A program made the translations under genes and the position numbers. This document shows, piece after piece, positions 59,796 through 64,000 of a DNA stretch of 64,000 nucleotides. A model generated the notes under the pieces. It saw only the letters and a program-made list of their open reading frames with translations. It ran no database searches and was not told where the DNA came from. The stretch comes from Trueperaceae bacterium (GTDB taxonomy: Bacteria > Deinococcota > Deinococci > Deinococcales > Trueperaceae): contig OZ243927.1 in the NCBI GenBank assembly GCA_965213925.1, forward strand, positions 800,001-864,000. Reading direction: 5' to 3'. The stretch's first letter is position 1. The number at the start of each line of letters is the position of its first letter.

Positions 59796-60797
59796 ATGCA
59801 AACCCTAAAGGTCATGACCTGGAACGTTGAGAACCTCTTCCTGCCAGGTGAGGACGGCGGCGCGGAGGACGAGGCCGCCTTCGCGCAGAAGCTCGCGGGG
59901 CTAGTCGAGACCATTCTGCAGCTAGCCCCCGACGTTTTAGCCGTGCAAGAGGTCGGCAGTGAAGAGGCCTCCCGGGCGCTGCAAGCAGAGTTGAAACGGT
60001 ACCCCTACGGTCAACTTTCCACCTTACCCGACCGACGCGGCATTCGGGTCGGCTTCCTATCGCGGTTACTGATTGAAGGCTATGAAGACTTCGCCGCCTT
60101 CCCCGAGGGGCCGCTTGCAAGCGTCCCCGGTCTGAACGCTTTTGGCGACCCTGAACCGGTCACGCGTATGGGTCGGGGGGCGTTGCGCGTCCTGGTGCGC
60201 CCGCTGCCCGAGCTACCTATCCAGCTCGTCACCGCTCACCTCAAGTCGAAGCTGCTGAGTTTCCCCAGCGACGCGGGGCAGACGCGCTTCTCGCCAAGGG
60301 ACGAAGACGAGCGGGCCTTCGTCGCCGGGCTAGCGCTGCTCAGGAGGACTGCCGAGGCGGTCACCTTACGCGTCAAGGCCAACGACCTGCTCGTCGACCA
60401 AAAAGTTCCACTCATCGTGCTGGGTGACCTGAACGATGTGACCGACGCAGCCACCACGCAGATCCTTCAGGGACCCCCTGGGAGCGAGCTCGGCACGGGC
60501 GGCTTCGACCGTCCGGATAAGGGGGACGACGCCAGGCTCTTTAACCTGGCCCCGCTCATCCCCGAGACGCAGCGCTACTCGCGGGTCTACCGGGGGCAGG
60601 GAGAGCTGATCGACCACATCCTGGTGAGCGAGGAGCTCCTGCCGGGCAGCTCGCGAGCCTGGCCGCTGGTGGACAGCCACGTGGATATCCTGGACGGTCT
60701 CCCTTCGGTTTCGGACGTGCCGAGCGAGCGGCGGAGCGCGCCGCGCTCGGACCACGCGCCCGTGACGGCGACCTTTGACCTCGGGGACGGAACGTAG
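59796..60797 (+). CDS. Endonuclease/exonuclease/phosphatase family protein
   Basis: TWNVENLF, QEV, HLKSK, GDLND, IDHILVS, SDHAPV. Confidence 0.92.
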   Translation: MQTLKVMTWNVENLFLPGEDGGAEDEAAFAQKLAGLVETILQLAPDVLAVQEVGSEEASRALQAELKRYPYGQLSTLPDRRGIRVGFLSRLLIEGYEDFAAFPEGPLASVPGLNAFGDPEPVTRMGRGALRVLVRPLPELPIQLVTAHLKSKLLSFPSDAGQTRFSPRDEDERAFVAGLALLRRTAEAVTLRVKANDLLVDQKVPLIVLGDLNDVTDAATTQILQGPPGSELGTGGFDRPDKGDDARLFNLAPLIPETQRYSRVYRGQGELIDHILVSEELLPGSSRAWPLVDSHVDILDGLPSVSDVPSERRSAPRSDHAPVTATFDLGDGT

Positions 60798-60922
60798 CGC
60801 CTACCTCGAGGAGAGTCACAGCTACCACCTTGCTATGCGGCATCACGCCAGTTTCTTGACAACTTCGGTCCCATGATTCTGGGGTCTCCGATGTCGGGTT
60901 CGCAGCACTGGCTTGAGGGTTC

Positions 60923-60948
60923 TGCAAGAGACGCGCGCGTCTCTCGCA
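60923..60948. repeat. REP-like palindrome
   Basis: TGCAAGAGACGCGCGCGTCTCTCGCA. Confidence 0.8.
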
Positions 60949-61035
60949 CAAAGCTCGCGCCAATAGGGTTCAGTTTGTTACGTAGAGCCTATGTGACCGG
61001 CGCGAGCGACTCAGATAGCGCCAGCTAAACGAAAG

Positions 61036-61067
61036 GAGGAGGGCCGCACGGTCGTGCGACCCTCCTC
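61036..61067 (-). terminator. Probable intrinsic terminator
   Basis: Stem GAGGAGGGCCGCACG / CGTGCGACCCTCCTC followed on the minus strand by CTTTCGTTT. Confidence 0.6.
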
Positions 61068-61086
61068 GGAGATAGTGGAGCGTTCG

Positions 61087-63183
61087 CTACTGCGTCGCGG
61101 TTCGGATAGCCTCTACAGGTAGGTTGAAGTTGAACATGAAGACCTGACCGCCCTGGTCCGCGTTCGTTTCGGCTACCGCGCCGCCGGACTCGCCGCTCTG
61201 CTGTACCACGCCGATCATCACGGTCTCGGCTAAGGGCACGCTGCTGTTGACCTCTTGCTCGCCGGTGCCAGCGAGTTCGTCCACGGTGTAGAAGCTGCCG
61301 TCCTCCTTGCGGGTGACGAGCGCGGTCACGTTCCACGAGCCCGAGAATTCAGACGAGGTCGCCTCGCTGAAGGTGCCGCCGTAGGACGAGACCTCGTTTA
61401 AGAAGCGTGGGTTCTCCGAGCCGCCCGCCATCGCCAGGAAGTAGCCGGTATTCGCTTGGGCAAGCTCGAGCGTCTCAGGATTGAGGGGAAGCGCGTACTT
61501 ACGTTCGCCATATTGATTGCCCGAGTCCTCGTCGAGGACCAGAACATCGGCGTCGGCGGTCTTGATCCACATCAAGCCGTCGTTGCCTACGATCTTCTCA
61601 CTGCCGTCTTCCCAGACGGCGTGGGTGCCCTCGCCGCCGTGCTTGACGCCCTTATCGGCGACCTCGAGCCTCAGGACGCCGTCGTAACCGCCAACGATGC
61701 GGCGAGCCGTCGCGGGGATGATCTCGGGAAGGTCGCCGCCGAGTTCGGCAAAGGCGTCGCCCAAACCGTCGAAGTCCACCGCGAGTATCGCGCCCGTGTT
61801 GGTCAGGTTCTGGATGTAGCGCTGCTTGCTGATATCGGGGTCGACCGCTGGGTGCTCGGTTTTGGTGTTGGCGACGAAGAAGGTGTGACCCTCGGGCTGC
61901 TCGCTCTCCTGCGTCCAGAGGCTGATCTCGGTCTCGCCGACCGATACGGGCGCGTCCCAGCCGCTCCACTGATAGCTCGTCGGCGCGTAGACGACCTCGA
62001 AGGTGGCGGGCGCGTCCGGGTTGCTTACGTAGGTATCCAACATCTCGGCGCTCAGGTCGATGGTGTCGATGCCGAGTTCGGCGAACGTCTCGTTGGCGAG
62101 CGCCATGCCGTAAATCTTGCCGTGGAGGAGGCCGTTGCGAGCTAAAAACTGGTCGCGCTCGGGCGCGTCAGAGGCGAGCGGCTGACCGCTCACGTCCAGA
62201 CCCTTACGACCGACGTAGATTTTGAGCGGCGCACGTTCGTAATCGTGGTTGTAGCCCGCGAGCACGAAGACGACGTAGTCGGGGTGACCGGGGTTGATGG
62301 GCAGGATTTTCTCGTAGCCCGACTGCCCGAGCGCGGGCACGGTATAGGCCGTCTCGTTGGCGATGTCGACGACGACCGAGGCGAGGCCCATCGTGTCGTT
62401 CGTGTCGATAAGCGACTCGGTCGTGTCGCCGTTCTCATCAGTAACGTCGAACATCTCCTGGATGTTCCACTCCTCGGCGGCCAGCCAAACGTCGTCCGCT
62501 AAACCGACGCCGTACTTATTCGCCCTCTCGTAGTAAGCACCGCAGAACGACTGGAAGAAGAAGTCACCTTGGGAGAGCTGGAAGTCCGGCGCGAAGTTGA
62601 CGAGCGTGCGGTCGGGCAAGGTCTGGTTACCCCAGAGCCCGCCTTGGTCTTTCGGCGTCACCTCGTCGCCGAAGACGTTATAGACCCTATTGAAGAGGTG
62701 ACCTGAGGCTGTGACCATCTCGCTGGCCGCTTCGTCGTTACTCAGAAACTCAGCAAAGCCTTCGCGGCCATAGTCGATGGTGTGGATGTGCGAGCCGGTG
62801 AAGGCGACGCCGCTGTCCATAGGCCACGGATACGTCTCGCTGCTCATCGTCGCGTAGGATTCCGACTGGTACGCCACGCGCACGGTGTCGTTGTCGGCGA
62901 GCCAGGCGGCGTGGCCGTCAGGGTAGCCAGTCAAGGCTTGACCGGTGGTCGCGTCCACTTCGCCCACCGTCGCCAGCGCTTTAAGCTCACCCATGAAGGG
63001 GTAGGCAGTGTCACCCTCGACGCCGTCGATGCAGCACTCGGACCTCTCGTCGGCGGTGCTGGCTTCGGCCATCTCCGCGTCGACCTGACCGATGGTTTTG
63101 AATTCCTGATCCTGCGCGTGAACTGTTAGTAAGGTGCACAGCAGCACGCTAAAGGAGATACGTAGAAACGAGGACACGTTCAT
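61087..63183 (-). CDS. Secreted acidic protein, probable atypical (PhoX/PhoA-aty-like) alkaline phosphatase
   Basis: Signal peptide; TGYPDG, YQSESY, QSFCG, EEW, GYEK, KTEH, DEDSGN, SEFSG; phosphatase neighbourhood. Confidence 0.55.
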   Translation of the reverse strand: MNVSSFLRISFSVLLCTLLTVHAQDQEFKTIGQVDAEMAEASTADERSECCIDGVEGDTAYPFMGELKALATVGEVDATTGQALTGYPDGHAAWLADNDTVRVAYQSESYATMSSETYPWPMDSGVAFTGSHIHTIDYGREGFAEFLSNDEAASEMVTASGHLFNRVYNVFGDEVTPKDQGGLWGNQTLPDRTLVNFAPDFQLSQGDFFFQSFCGAYYERANKYGVGLADDVWLAAEEWNIQEMFDVTDENGDTTESLIDTNDTMGLASVVVDIANETAYTVPALGQSGYEKILPINPGHPDYVVFVLAGYNHDYERAPLKIYVGRKGLDVSGQPLASDAPERDQFLARNGLLHGKIYGMALANETFAELGIDTIDLSAEMLDTYVSNPDAPATFEVVYAPTSYQWSGWDAPVSVGETEISLWTQESEQPEGHTFFVANTKTEHPAVDPDISKQRYIQNLTNTGAILAVDFDGLGDAFAELGGDLPEIIPATARRIVGGYDGVLRLEVADKGVKHGGEGTHAVWEDGSEKIVGNDGLMWIKTADADVLVLDEDSGNQYGERKYALPLNPETLELAQANTGYFLAMAGGSENPRFLNEVSSYGGTFSEATSSEFSGSWNVTALVTRKEDGSFYTVDELAGTGEQEVNSSVPLAETVMIGVVQQSGESGGAVAETNADQGGQVFMFNFNLPVEAIRTATQ

Positions 63184-63476
63184 AGTTGATCCCTCCCAGA
63201 GATCATATGGCGGCCTGACCCTCCGGCCCTTGCTCCGGTTCGCTTCTATACCGAACGTCTACTTGATGATGAACCTCTGTAAACTTAAACCGGCTACGTC
63301 ATCGCTGTGTCATTGTGAGAGAATCCTCGAGCAACTTCATACAGCCCTTGTTTTAGAAACCTGCTGTCAGTTACCAGCCCTGGGACAGACAGGTGCTCGA
63401 GGAACCCCTTCTCGTCCTTGTTTGCGCCAGACGTTCACGTCTGGCGCTACTGAACCGAGCGTCGTTGTGCTAAAGC

Positions 63477-64000
63477 TCAGTCTGCCACCTCAAAGACCTG
63501 CGAGGCTTCCGAGACTTGTCCATAAGGGTCGGTAGAGCGCACCGTCACGGTGTGGACACCAGGCTCGAGGTTGTCGGGCAGGTCAGCCACCCAGATGTGC
63601 GACGAGGGATTCGGCGTCGAAACCTCTTCGTCTGTACCTAGGTAGCGCAAATAGCGGTCCTCCATAAAGGGGTCGGTGCGCAGGGTGTGCTCCATCGGTT
63701 GGTAGTCGCCATCGTCGAGTCGGTACGCCACCTGATGCTGCTCTCCGCCGTCGAAGACGTTGACCACAAGTTGCGGCGCTTGCCACGCGGCGACCTCGAA
63801 CTGGTCAGGGCTGAGCTGGTTTCGGCTCGCGCCCTCTTGCTCCAGCATAATGCGCATCTGGTAGTCTTCGGGCTCGCCCGCCGCCTTGAAGCGCGTGCTG
63901 TAGTCGTCCCCTTCAAACGAGAGGATGTAGTAGCCGTTAGGGTTGCCGTCTTCCATCGTAGTCGCCGGGAGGCCATGCTCGTTCTTGGGTCCGCTCCAGC
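63477..64000 (-). CDS. C-terminal part of a calcineurin-like phosphoesterase (partial, runs off window)
   Basis: MEDGNPNGY..L.F.G..Y, QMRI, VNVFDG, SSHIW, GVHT..VR..D.YG. Confidence 0.75.
   Translation of the reverse strand, partial: WSGPKNEHGLPATTMEDGNPNGYYILSFEGDDYSTRFKAAGEPEDYQMRIMLEQEGASRNQLSPDQFEVAAWQAPQLVVNVFDGGEQHQVAYRLDDGDYQPMEHTLRTDPFMEDRYLRYLGTDEEVSTPNPSSHIWVADLPDNLEPGVHTVTVRSTDPYGQVSEASQVFEVAD

Noticed and set aside
63298..63313. Pho-box-like GTCAT repeats 11 bp apart
   Set aside because: Only two short units and opposite in orientation to the downstream gene; too weak

Overview
A GC-rich bacterial accessory region. Gene style and frequent CTCGAG suggest Deinococcota (Truepera-like), but that is an inference. 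No rRNA, tRNA or CRISPR array was seen. From left to right: VOC and DinB genes; a double hot-dog protein convergent with a membrane GGDEF-EAL protein; acyl-CoA dehydrogenase/HxlR; a heterodimeric ABC exporter; WYL regulator/SDR; an MBL-hydrolase/SDR/VKOR cluster; and a decayed IS pile-up (xfp fragment, IS21, IS630, broken STAND NTPase, IS3-like element, vapBC). Next come two AfsR/SARP-like STAND regulators flanking a PGI-like protein with altered active-site motifs. A minus-strand block follows (AraC, RclA/MerA-like reductase, DM13, vanadium haloperoxidase, secreted proteins, AraC, Crp, DMT, spondin, SMP-30), tied together by a 5-copy TCTTGAAnnnTCTTGCG motif. After an IS630 lies an apparent operon of ferredoxin-NADP reductase, two reductive-dehalogenase-like 2x[4Fe-4S] proteins, DUF2461 and MarR. 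The window ends with an ADH gene followed by an attC-like site and a phosphate-scavenging cluster. Intergenic DNA holds three dispersed repeat families: 103-105 bp IS630-derived MITEs, a GCGCGCG-centred REP-like palindrome, and a covarying hairpin element. The best candidate for a new system is an organohalogen module (haloperoxidase, hypohalite reductase-like enzyme and NADPH-fed tandem reductive dehalogenases).
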